Source: an uncultured bacterium (GTDB lineage: Bacteria > Fermentibacterota > Fermentibacteria > Fermentibacterales > JCC-6). From it: a DNA stretch of 64,000 nucleotides. Positions 54,898 through 62,807 of this stretch are shown one piece after another (within the stretch, counting starts at the first letter, position 1; each line of letters starts with the position of its first letter). The DNA lies in the NCBI GenBank assembly GCA_965371785.1, contig CBDUZS010000005.1, positions 3,410 through 67,409 on the forward strand, read 5' to 3'. The notes beneath the pieces were generated by a model. That model ran no database searches and was not told the DNA's origin. It worked only from the letters and a program-made list of their open reading frames with translations. Made by a program: the position numbers and the translations under genes.

Positions 54898-56199
54898 TCA
54901 GGGGCTGAAACTGAATGGATACTGGACTGTCAGGGCTCCTTCGTTCGAGTCGACGGAGCCGAATCTCCAGGTCTCGATTGCCCTCGCTAGCTCGAGCTCG
55001 AAGGCTGGATTGTAGGTGTTGGACTGCAGGATCCTGACATCTGAAACCCTGCCGCTGGGCTGAATGATCATTTCGATTTCGATGGTGCCGGAGAGAAGAG
55101 GATCGGTTCGGAGATGCTTGTTGTAGATGAAGGTGACTGAACTCCTCTTCTCCATGAGAACCTCCATTATCTCACCCGAAGAACGGGAGCTGAAAGACGC
55201 TCCATCGGACGACACCTGTGTAGTGGCGGAGGTGATATCTGTAAAGACCATCACGTGCTGAGTACCTGCATCGGCAGTGAGTGGAACCCCTGAATCCACC
55301 TGACCGCTGGTTGCGCTAACCGATCCGGCGATGCCCGTATCCTGGTTGAGAGAGCTCAGGGAGCCTGAATTGGCAAGAGAAGCCATGTCGATTCCGCCTG
55401 CGGTCAGCATTGCTATGAGATCCTCTGTTGATGTGGGAACCTCGGTTGAGGCAATGTACGGTTGAATCGTACTCGATGATGTATCGGGAACAGCATGATC
55501 CGGAGGATGGAATGTCTGAGTACCGCCTGTACCTGTTTCAGCAGTACTGCCTGCAGAGGAGTCGAAAAGATCAGGATTCGTGAGTTCGGTCGTTCCGGTG
55601 AGAGAAGTGTCCGAAGCGGTAACAGCCGATGCTCCACTGTTCTCTGCAAGCGCAACGGCAGTTCCCGTCTGAATCTCCAGGAGCCCTAACGACATCTCGT
55701 GATGAAAGCCCGGTTCTGCCATGAGGGTGAACACCTCTGGTTCGAAACCTACCGCGTAGACGGCAATGTTGTAGTCGGTGCCGCCCATCAGACCGTCAAC
55801 CAGCATGGGCGTTACACCCAGCAGCACATCGTCGAGAGTCACGAATGCACCGGGTGGATCACTCTGGACGAGTGCTGTTGCCATGCTCTCCAGTCTGACG
55901 GAACTCAGCAGTTCGCGAAGCCTGGGATTGGCGCTCGGGCTGAAATCGTAGTACGTGTCCAGCTTCAGCAGTTCGAAGTAAGCGTTTCTGGCGTCGTCCA
56001 GCTGCCCCATTGCGTAGTAGGCCGAGCCGAGCCGGTCGTATGCTCTGAGTTGCTCGTCGTACGAGAGCACGCTGCTGGCGATGAGCTCTTCCAGGGAGAT
56101 GATCGTTCCGGGGATGTCACCCATCATATAGAGTTCTATCGCTTCATCGACAGTGGCTGCCCCTGTCAATGAAGCGGCAAGCAGCAGAGAAACGATCAT
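54898..56199 (-). CDS. Secreted TPR - PEGA - Ser/Thr-rich linker - TonB_C domain protein
   Basis: ATG at 56199 gives the signal peptide MIVSLLLAASLTGAATV. The TPR-like segment is 'YDRLGSAYYAMGQLDDARNAYFELLKLD'. The PEGA segment is 'PPGAFVTLDDVLLGVTPM...'. The C-terminus 'GTIEIEMIIQPSGRVSDVRILQSNTYNPAFELELARAIETWRF' is TonB_C-like. Confidence 0.65.
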   Translation of the reverse strand: MIVSLLLAASLTGAATVDEAIELYMMGDIPGTIISLEELIASSVLSYDEQLRAYDRLGSAYYAMGQLDDARNAYFELLKLDTYYDFSPSANPRLRELLSSVRLESMATALVQSDPPGAFVTLDDVLLGVTPMLVDGLMGGTDYNIAVYAVGFEPEVFTLMAEPGFHHEMSLGLLEIQTGTAVALAENSGASAVTASDTSLTGTTELTNPDLFDSSAGSTAETGTGGTQTFHPPDHAVPDTSSSTIQPYIASTEVPTSTEDLIAMLTAGGIDMASLANSGSLSSLNQDTGIAGSVSATSGQVDSGVPLTADAGTQHVMVFTDITSATTQVSSDGASFSSRSSGEIMEVLMEKRSSVTFIYNKHLRTDPLLSGTIEIEMIIQPSGRVSDVRILQSNTYNPAFELELARAIETWRFGSVDSNEGALTVQYPFSFSP

Positions 56200-56422
56200 T
56201 ATTCGGATACACCCCCTCAGCGGGACAATGAACCAAGCCTGCTCGAACGTCAACGAGCAAAGATCGATACCTGCCTGTTGTCCCGATAAACTGTCCTGAT
56301 CGAAGTGGCGGCCTGCAGAGAACTGCTTCCCGATTGCATCCGGGAACAACGAGGTTGACGGCAGCTATACTCGGTTGGCATCCCGGTGTTGTTACCGAGG
56401 ACTCCATGGAGGGGCGAAAGAG

Positions 56423-56995
56423 ATGAGATTCGTTACGAGAATGAAGACAGGTTTCGTTGTTCTTGCAGTCGTTACGGGAGTGAGCGTTCTCGCGGGGTGC
56501 TGGAATCCCGTAAATCCAACTTACAGTCCCCCCTCTGGTCCTGCGTACTACTCGTTCTGTGACAGCGCCTGGAAGGTGATCAAGAATCTCGAATACGCAT
56601 ACCAGGCAAAGGATATTGAACACTACACGGCATGCTTCAGAGAGGATTTCGAGTTCCACCTTCTCGAAGTGGACTGGGCCAACTACTGGGGTGGTCCCGA
56701 GGAAGATACATGGTGGGGGCTCGACGTCGAGGAGGAGTTCCACATCGCCATGTTCGATTTCGTGGACGATATCGAACTCGAGCTTTCCGGTATTGCCGAA
56801 TGGCCCTGGAGCCCCGATTCCACAGGTCAGTCCTGGGAGCTCCCGAGAACGTTCACTCTCAAGGTCTACTACACGGTTCAAGGCTCGCCCTGGACTGGTT
56901 CCCAGGCATCTGGAACGGCTCTTTTCATTTGCAGAACGGACACTTCGACCGGTGAGTGGTACATCTGGCAGTGGTTCGACCAATCCGAGACATGA
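56423..56995 (+). CDS. Lipoprotein, NTF2/SnoaL-like fold (tandem paralog 1)
   Basis: The lipobox is 'VLAGC'. 'AWKVIKNLEYAYQAKDIEHYTACFREDFEFHL' is NTF2-like. It is the paralog of 57117..57680. Confidence 0.65.
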   Translation: MRFVTRMKTGFVVLAVVTGVSVLAGCWNPVNPTYSPPSGPAYYSFCDSAWKVIKNLEYAYQAKDIEHYTACFREDFEFHLLEVDWANYWGGPEEDTWWGLDVEEEFHIAMFDFVDDIELELSGIAEWPWSPDSTGQSWELPRTFTLKVYYTVQGSPWTGSQASGTALFICRTDTSTGEWYIWQWFDQSET

Positions 56996-57116
56996 CGGGA
57001 CCGTAACAACAGCTGATTGCATCAGGAACAATTAGCTTGACCTGGAGTTATATAGCAGTGATTATCCCGATATTGTTACAATGAACTTCATGGAGGATTA
57101 CCGACAGGTGAGAATA

Positions 57117-57680
57117 ATGAAAAGAATGAAGACAGGCCCCATCGTTTTTGCAGTTGTTGCCGGCGTGAGTGTTCTTGCTGGATGCTGGAATCCCGTCGAT
57201 CCAGATCCCGGCGGCGGCAGTGGTTTTCAGTACTACACGTTCTGCGACAGTGCGTGGAAAGTGCTCAAGAATCTCGAATACTCATACCTGTCACGGGATA
57301 TCGATCACTACATGGCATGTTTCAGAGAGGATTTCGAGTTCCATCTTCTCGAAGTCGACTGGGCAGACTACGATGGTGACGGCATAATCGATCAGTACTG
57401 GGGACACGACCTGGAGGAATCCTTCTCGATTGCCATGTTCGATTTCGTGGACGACATCGATCTCAGCCTTTTAGGTACTGCCGAATGGCCCTGGAGCGGT
57501 GACTCCACAGGTCAGTCGTGGGAGCTGCAGAGAACGTTCTCCCTCAAGGTCTACTACACGATTCCAGGTTCACCCTACGATGGCTCCCAGGCATCTGGAA
57601 CGGCTCTTTTCATCTGCAGAACGGACACTTCGACCGGTGAGTGGTACATCTGGCAGTGGTACGACCAATCGGAGACGTAA
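57117..57680 (+). CDS. Lipoprotein, NTF2/SnoaL-like fold (tandem paralog 2)
   Basis: The lipobox is 'VLAGC'. 'AWKVLKNLEYSYLSRDIDHYMACFREDFEFHL' is present. The start could instead be 57126 or 57081. Confidence 0.65.
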   Translation: MKRMKTGPIVFAVVAGVSVLAGCWNPVDPDPGGGSGFQYYTFCDSAWKVLKNLEYSYLSRDIDHYMACFREDFEFHLLEVDWADYDGDGIIDQYWGHDLEESFSIAMFDFVDDIDLSLLGTAEWPWSGDSTGQSWELQRTFSLKVYYTIPGSPYDGSQASGTALFICRTDTSTGEWYIWQWYDQSET

Positions 57681-57717
57681 ACCACCCTTCTGAATCCATA
57701 TCTGCACGAGCCATGAA

Positions 57718-59595
57718 ATGAAGACTAACATTGCACTGACAACCCTGATTCTGTTTCTCTTCTCTGGTGTCAGCTCTTCTGATCTCGAAATACACGAAAT
57801 CCGGCACTGGGTATTCTTCGCGGATAGAGGTCTGGAGGTTGATGAAAGGCTTGCTCAGAGGGAGGCCTTCCTGGTTGCTGGTCCCTCATGGGAACGACGG
57901 GTTCGAGCCGGTCTCACGGGTGTGGACGAATACGACCTCTACCCATGGAAGGGTTACGTTGCCGCGGTCTGTGAGATTGCCGGGTCCATCAGGGCCGAGT
58001 CGAGATACCTGAATGCGGTAAGCGTCGCGGCATCCCCCGAGCAGCTTGAACGAATACTGCAGCTGTCTTTCGTTGATCGCATAACCCCGGTTGGTGCCAG
58101 AACATGGGTGCCCGTAATCGAAACACCGCTTGCCATGGGTGCGGGATTATCCGCATCACAGCTGGCTCAGATCGGGCTCGACAGTCTTCACTCGCGGGGG
58201 TGGACGGGAACGGGAGTGATAATCGGTGTCCTGGATTCCGGCTTCAACCTCGATCATCCGGCTTTTGCCGGTATCAACGTTCTTGATCAGTACGATTTCC
58301 TGATGAATGATCCCGATACTTCCCAGCAGCCCGGGGATTACCCTGGTCAGTCCGATCATGGAACGAAGGTCCTCTCCATTATCGGTGGGCTGGAAGAGAA
58401 CACTTTCAGCGGAGGGGCAACGGGAGCTTCCTTCATTCTCGCAAAGACCGAGGACATTTCAGACGAGTACCCGGAAGAAGAGGATCTCTGGGTTCTGGGT
58501 CTCGAATGGGTCGAGGAAGGCGGCGCTCTTCTGGTTTCCAGTTCACTTGCCTACATCGACTGGTACACCTGGGAAGATCTCGATGGCAACACCGCTGTGA
58601 CAACCATTGCAGCAGATCTTGCTGCATCCAGAGGAATGATGGTCTTCAACGCAATTGGAAACAATGGCCCGGGGGAGGGAACACTGATGGCTCCGGCCGA
58701 TGGTGATTCCGTCTTTGCCGTCGGGGGAGTCGATGCATCCGGGTTCGTTGCCCCGTTCTCCTCGAGAGGCCCGACATTCGATGGCAGGATAAAGCCCGAT
58801 GGTTGTGCCAGGGGACTGTACGCGGTGTTTGTTTCGTCATCGGGAACAGGGTATTCCTCCGGAAACGGCACGTCGTTTGCAACACCCCTCATGTCCTCTG
58901 TGGCTGCCGTTCTTGCAGATGCCCATCCGGAATGGAGTATTGCCGAAGTCGCCTCCGCGATAAAGGCAACCGCATCAAGGGAGTCGAATCCCGATAACTC
59001 TTACGGATGGGGAATCGCGGATGCTTATGCTGCGCTCACCTACAGATCGGTAACCGGCAGCGTCAGGTGGAGCCATACGGGTGAGTACATAGCCGGATAT
59101 CCTCTTACGATTCAGATAGCAGGCAACACACCAGAAGTGATCGAGACGAACGCGGATGGATGGTTCGCCCTTGATCCCGGAGTTCTCGGTGAGTACACGG
59201 TTACAGATGGCGGCGGTTCGGGGATCGTGATCCCGGTAACAGGTTTACTCGATTCCCCCGGGGTCGAGATCGAACTGTTCGTCGATCCGCTGCAATCACT
59301 GCTGGAACCGTCGATCTACCCGAATCCATCTACAGAGGGTATTTACCTTGGCTTCGATGTCATGGCAGGACCGGCAGATGCGGTTATGAGCATCTACACT
59401 TTAACGGGTGACCTCATTCACAGTGAGCAACGTATGAATCTACAGACAGGTATTTACCGGGCTCCCCTGCCCGGGGAAGCCTTCTACTGGTCGGGAACCG
59501 AATCCTCGGGTGACAATGCCGCATCAGGCACCTATTTCGTGCGCCTGACGATCGGGAATGACGTGTTCGTCAGCAAGTTCTCTCTCATTCGCTGA
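57718..59595 (+). CDS. S8 (subtilisin-like) serine peptidase with a T9SS-type C-terminal sorting domain
   Basis: The catalytic triad contexts are 'GVIIGVLDSGFNLDHPAF' (D), 'SDHGTKVLSIIGG' (H) and 'GNGTSFATPLMSSVAAVL' (S). The C-terminus is 'YPNPSTEGIYLGF...MSIYTLTGDLI...GTYFVRLTIGNDVFVSKFSLIR'. Confidence 0.85.
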   Translation: MKTNIALTTLILFLFSGVSSSDLEIHEIRHWVFFADRGLEVDERLAQREAFLVAGPSWERRVRAGLTGVDEYDLYPWKGYVAAVCEIAGSIRAESRYLNAVSVAASPEQLERILQLSFVDRITPVGARTWVPVIETPLAMGAGLSASQLAQIGLDSLHSRGWTGTGVIIGVLDSGFNLDHPAFAGINVLDQYDFLMNDPDTSQQPGDYPGQSDHGTKVLSIIGGLEENTFSGGATGASFILAKTEDISDEYPEEEDLWVLGLEWVEEGGALLVSSSLAYIDWYTWEDLDGNTAVTTIAADLAASRGMMVFNAIGNNGPGEGTLMAPADGDSVFAVGGVDASGFVAPFSSRGPTFDGRIKPDGCARGLYAVFVSSSGTGYSSGNGTSFATPLMSSVAAVLADAHPEWSIAEVASAIKATASRESNPDNSYGWGIADAYAALTYRSVTGSVRWSHTGEYIAGYPLTIQIAGNTPEVIETNADGWFALDPGVLGEYTVTDGGGSGIVIPVTGLLDSPGVEIELFVDPLQSLLEPSIYPNPSTEGIYLGFDVMAGPADAVMSIYTLTGDLIHSEQRMNLQTGIYRAPLPGEAFYWSGTESSGDNAASGTYFVRLTIGNDVFVSKFSLIR

Positions 59596-59634
59596 TCGGT
59601 TCGACAGGGCACCCGGTAGAGAAAGGTTGCAGCG

Positions 59635-60123
59635 ATGCTACTCAGAATATTGCTCCTTGCGGCAGTAGTGACCGTACTCGCGGTTGCAGGCGTGATAGAC
59701 CTGAGCGGTCTCCCGTGGGGGGACCCCGACTTTCGCGCAAGCGGCAGTATCGTTCTTCTCTACATGCTCTGGTCCGTTACCGAAACCCGAACCTCATCCG
59801 ATGCCCTCAGCCTTCCCCGGCTGGGGCTCTACACAGTTCTTATCGTGAGTGCGGTTGACAGCCTGCTTCTGAGACTGACGATCTTTCATGGTCTCATTGC
59901 GATAAGGTATGCGGGATCTGCCGTATTCGCAGTCGGCAGCATTCTGCGCTTCATCGCCTTCAGAAGGCGTTCAGTGAATCTCCTGAGGATCGGCCGGATG
60001 ATGCAGCTGACAGGTCTGCCCTCAGGTTTCGGATCAGTAGCAGGGCTTGTAATCGGTCTTCTTCCGGGCTCGTTCTCGGCCTTGAAGGAGGAACTTCCCG
60101 AGACTGAGAGCCTCGAGGAGTGA
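59635..60123 (+). CDS. Small membrane protein of unknown function (about 4 TM)
   Basis: Hydrophobic 162-aa ORF. The stop overlaps the dtd start. Confidence 0.5.
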   Translation: MLLRILLLAAVVTVLAVAGVIDLSGLPWGDPDFRASGSIVLLYMLWSVTETRTSSDALSLPRLGLYTVLIVSAVDSLLLRLTIFHGLIAIRYAGSAVFAVGSILRFIAFRRRSVNLLRIGRMMQLTGLPSGFGSVAGLVIGLLPGSFSALKEELPETESLEE

Positions 60124-60578
60124 AAGCCCTCCTGCAGAGGGTCTCGAGAGCCTCGGTCTCGGTTAATGGAAACCGTATCGGTAGTATAGACGCAGGAATT
60201 CTCGCCCTGATCGGTTTTGGCCGGAGCGATTCCGAGGATGATCTCAGATGGATGGCCAGGAAGATCCGTGAACTGAGGATTTTTCCGGACGGGAGTGGAA
60301 ACATGAACCTCTCCCTTGTTGACACGCGGGGAAAGCTGCTCATTGTGAGCCAGTTCACCCTCCATGCCGACACGCGAAAGGGCAGAAGACCGAGTTTCTT
60401 GAGAGCTGCCGACCCGGAGAAGGCAGGACTGCTCTACATGCTTTTCGTCGAGCTGTGTTCACAGGGAGGAGTGATTGTCGAGCAGGGCAGCTTCGGTGAA
60501 ATGATGGAAGTTGAACTCGTGAACGACGGACCTGTGACTCTGATGATCGATTCACCTTCGGAAAGGAACAGGAATTGA
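60120..60578 (+). CDS. dtd: D-aminoacyl-tRNA deacylase
   Basis: 'MKALLQRVSRASVSV', 'SQFTLHADTRKGRRPSF' and 'GPVTLMIDS' are present. GTG start. Confidence 0.9.
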   Translation: MKALLQRVSRASVSVNGNRIGSIDAGILALIGFGRSDSEDDLRWMARKIRELRIFPDGSGNMNLSLVDTRGKLLIVSQFTLHADTRKGRRPSFLRAADPEKAGLLYMLFVELCSQGGVIVEQGSFGEMMEVELVNDGPVTLMIDSPSERNRN

Positions 60579-61186
60579 GTTCCTGGTGGTATCCCATCGA
60601 TGTACCTCTGGTTCTCGCCAGCAGGTCTCCCAGGCGGAAGGCTATTCTAGAGCTGGTCAGGATTCCTTTCGAGCAGATACCAAGCGGAATCGAGGAGGAA
60701 TTTCTGTCAGGTGATCCGAGCGAAGTCGTCGAGCACTGGGCAAGGATGAAGGCAGAGGATGTCTCGGCAGAGCATCCCTGCAACCCTGTTCTCGGGGCTG
60801 ATACGATGGTTGCTCTGGACAACAGGCTTCTTGGAAAACCAGAGTCTTCCCGCGAAGCTGTCTCCATGCTAAAGGCCCTTTCGGGCAAATGGCACAGGGT
60901 GTTCGGCGGGGTTGCGCTCGAATGGAGAGAAGAGGGGATCTGCTTCAGCTTTTCAGAATACACACGCGTTAAATTCCGTAGCCTCACCGACTCCGAGATA
61001 GAAGCCTACGTCGAAACAGGTGAGCCTTTTGACAAAGCCGGTGCGTACGGAATCCAGGGCTTTGGCAGCATTCTGGTCGAGAAAGTGGATGGCTGCTACT
61101 TCAATGTAATGGGCCTTCCCATCGCAGGATTCGTTGAAACTTTCAGGAACAGGCTCATTGATGCAGGTCTTGCACATGCTTGGTGA
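60575..61186 (+). CDS. maf: Maf-family nucleoside triphosphate pyrophosphatase
   Basis: 'LVLASRSPRRKAILE', 'GADTMVALDNRLLGKP' and 'DKAGAYGIQG' are present. Confidence 0.85.
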   Translation: MSSWWYPIDVPLVLASRSPRRKAILELVRIPFEQIPSGIEEEFLSGDPSEVVEHWARMKAEDVSAEHPCNPVLGADTMVALDNRLLGKPESSREAVSMLKALSGKWHRVFGGVALEWREEGICFSFSEYTRVKFRSLTDSEIEAYVETGEPFDKAGAYGIQGFGSILVEKVDGCYFNVMGLPIAGFVETFRNRLIDAGLAHAW

Positions 61187-61209
61187 AGGTGTGCTTCAGG
61201 AGGTGGAAC

Positions 61210-61551
61210 ATGGACAGGATAGTCGGCTCGTGCGGCATAGTCTGCACTGAGTGTCCGGCGTACATCGCTCTGCGTACTGATGATCAGGCACTTCGAGAGA
61301 GCACTTCAAAGGAATGGTCGGCTCAGTTCGGTGCGGAGATTCCGCCCTCGGAGATCAATTGCGATGGCTGTCATGCATCCGATGGTGTTCAGATCAGTCA
61401 TTGCAGCGAGTGCGAGATCAGGAGCTGCAGCCAGCAGACCCATGGGGTAGAGAACTGCGGCCTCTGTAGCGATTATCCCTGTGAGAGAATCGCCAAGTTC
61501 TTCGAATTCGTTCCCGGCGCAAAGGCGATACTCGATGGAATCAATGCGTAG
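61210..61551 (+). CDS. DUF3795-family Cys-rich protein
   Basis: ATG at 61210 follows aggagg. The Cys pattern is 'CGIVCTECPAY ... CDGC ... CSECEIRSC ... CGLCSDYPCE'. Confidence 0.65.
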   Translation: MDRIVGSCGIVCTECPAYIALRTDDQALRESTSKEWSAQFGAEIPPSEINCDGCHASDGVQISHCSECEIRSCSQQTHGVENCGLCSDYPCERIAKFFEFVPGAKAILDGINA

Positions 61552-61569
61552 AAGTACCGGATAGCAAGA

Positions 61570-61597
61570 GGGCCGCCTTTCCAGGCGGCCCCTTTTC
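61570..61597 (+). terminator. Rho-independent terminator
   Basis: gggccgcc-tttcca-ggcggccc (8-bp stem) is followed by cttttc. It lies between convergent genes. Confidence 0.65.
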
Positions 61598-61611
61598 AGC
61601 GATTCAATCCG

Positions 61612-62613
61612 TCAGCGAATCACCGTGCAGCGCTCTGTGATGATATCACCACTGCTCGTTTCGAGGCGGACGAAGTAGACACCCGTCTCATTGATGACAG
61701 TGCTTGAGACTCCTCCTGCAGCGAATTCGTCTACCGTTCTGCCGGAGAGGTCGAACACCCTTACCGTTCCCGTTACTCCATCGGGAAGAACCGATGAGAT
61801 GCTCAGGAATCCGGTTGTCGGGTTCGGCCCAGCCGTAAGAGCTGCCCCGCCAATCGTAAGACCGGCAGTATCGTAGATGCCCGTGTTCGTGTCGGGAAGG
61901 TCTACGAAGTGAGCGTTCATCACTTCCCTGTTGCCCGCCGACGTCTGAACGAACGTAACGACGTCCAGGTTGTCGAAAGTGTGCTCGGTGGGATTCAGTG
62001 TGTACGGTCTTTCGACGATGATCGTCTCGGGGTACGGTCCTGAGAAGCTGATCGAATACCCCGTCGATCCTGCGGGCCAGGCTCTTGGTTCCCAGGCCAT
62101 CGTCTGACCGGCGTAGTAACCGTAACCTGAACTGGCAACATCTCCGCTCTCGACAATAGCGGAAAAGAGTCTCAGTGAAGATACGCCGAGAGCCTGTTCT
62201 GCCGTGAGAGTGTAGGTCGCGGTTCCACCGGAAGCGTTACCGGAGAAGGAGACCACTATTTCAAGGTAACTGGGCGTTGCAACCCTGTTGTTGATGTTTC
62301 CCTGGACGACGCTCTGGCTCCAGCCCAAAGATTGCAGAAGCCCATCGATCTGGAATGTAGGAGTTGCGGTCCAGCCGTAGAAGGAATGCCGTCCTGCATT
62401 GAACGGGTTCGATGCCGGTCCGTTGTAGAAAAGGATCATTGGCGCTATATCGCCTGATGCGATATAGCCGTTAACCATGCTCTTGACAGCGCCCGCGCTG
62501 CTTGCACAGGCTGATCAACCGGTTTGGGTGAACTCTTCGAAGAGCACCACGCGCTCGGCGGCCATTGCAGCAGCAGCGATCACGAGAAGAGCAACAATCG
62601 TGAATCTGCCCAT
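61612..62613 (-). CDS. Candidate selenoprotein: secreted thioredoxin-fold (UxxC) protein with a T9SS-type C-terminal sorting domain; in-frame TGA at 62515-62517
   Basis: ATG 62613 opens a 32-codon signal-peptide segment, followed by TGA and then, in the same frame, the 288-aa track ORF. TGA aligns with the first Cys of CGPC in the paralog at 62808..63815. Together that is 333 codons versus 335 in the paralog. A pseudogene alternative is not excluded. Confidence 0.6.
62444..62468 (-). other. Perfect 10-bp RNA hairpin inside the coding region (GCUAUAUCGC-AUCAG-GCGAUAUAGC)
   Basis: Perfect inverted repeat 62444-62453 / 62459-62468 encoding G-Y-I-A-S-G-D-I-A. The homologous stretch of the Cys paralog (GHLAAGDLA) is not palindromic at the DNA level. 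Confidence 0.5.
62475..62509 (-). promoter_or_regulatory. Candidate bacterial SECIS-like stem-loop downstream of the in-frame UGA
   Basis: In the mRNA, nt +9..+43 relative to the U of UGA fold as follows. The lower helix is CUGUGC/GCAUGG (two G-U pairs), followed by an internal loop. The upper helix is (G)CAGCG/CGCUG(U), capped by a CGGG loop that starts about 20 nt after the UGA. Confidence 0.4.
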
Positions 62614-62807
62614 ATCACTTCCTCTCACAGAAGAAGGCCATGATATATCCAGACGGGTTTCTGGAAACATACACGAGAATAATGAGATTACATGTGAGGG
62701 GCGTCAATACCCACTTGAATAGTATGGTATTTCCAGAAACGCGGAAACGTCGGACCGGGGCTGTTCGAAGCAGCCTCATGGTTTGCAAATATCAGCCAGG
62801 GCAGTGC

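Noticed and set aside
61612-62613. Alternative reading: the TGA-interrupted gene is simply a pseudogene (nonsense mutation) of the duplicated CGPC protein.
   Set aside because: Not fully rejected. It is less likely because the stop falls exactly on the redox Cys codon (TGY to TGA), the second Cys is retained (USAC), and the remaining 300 codons are intact with conserved motifs. RNA hairpins specific to this copy also follow the TGA. The presence of Sec machinery must still be confirmed.
62477-62722. Plus-strand 81-aa ORF across the selenoprotein N-terminus and intergenic region.
   Set aside because: It is antisense to the signal-peptide/UxxC segment, which is conserved with the paralog, and it shows no recognisable motifs.
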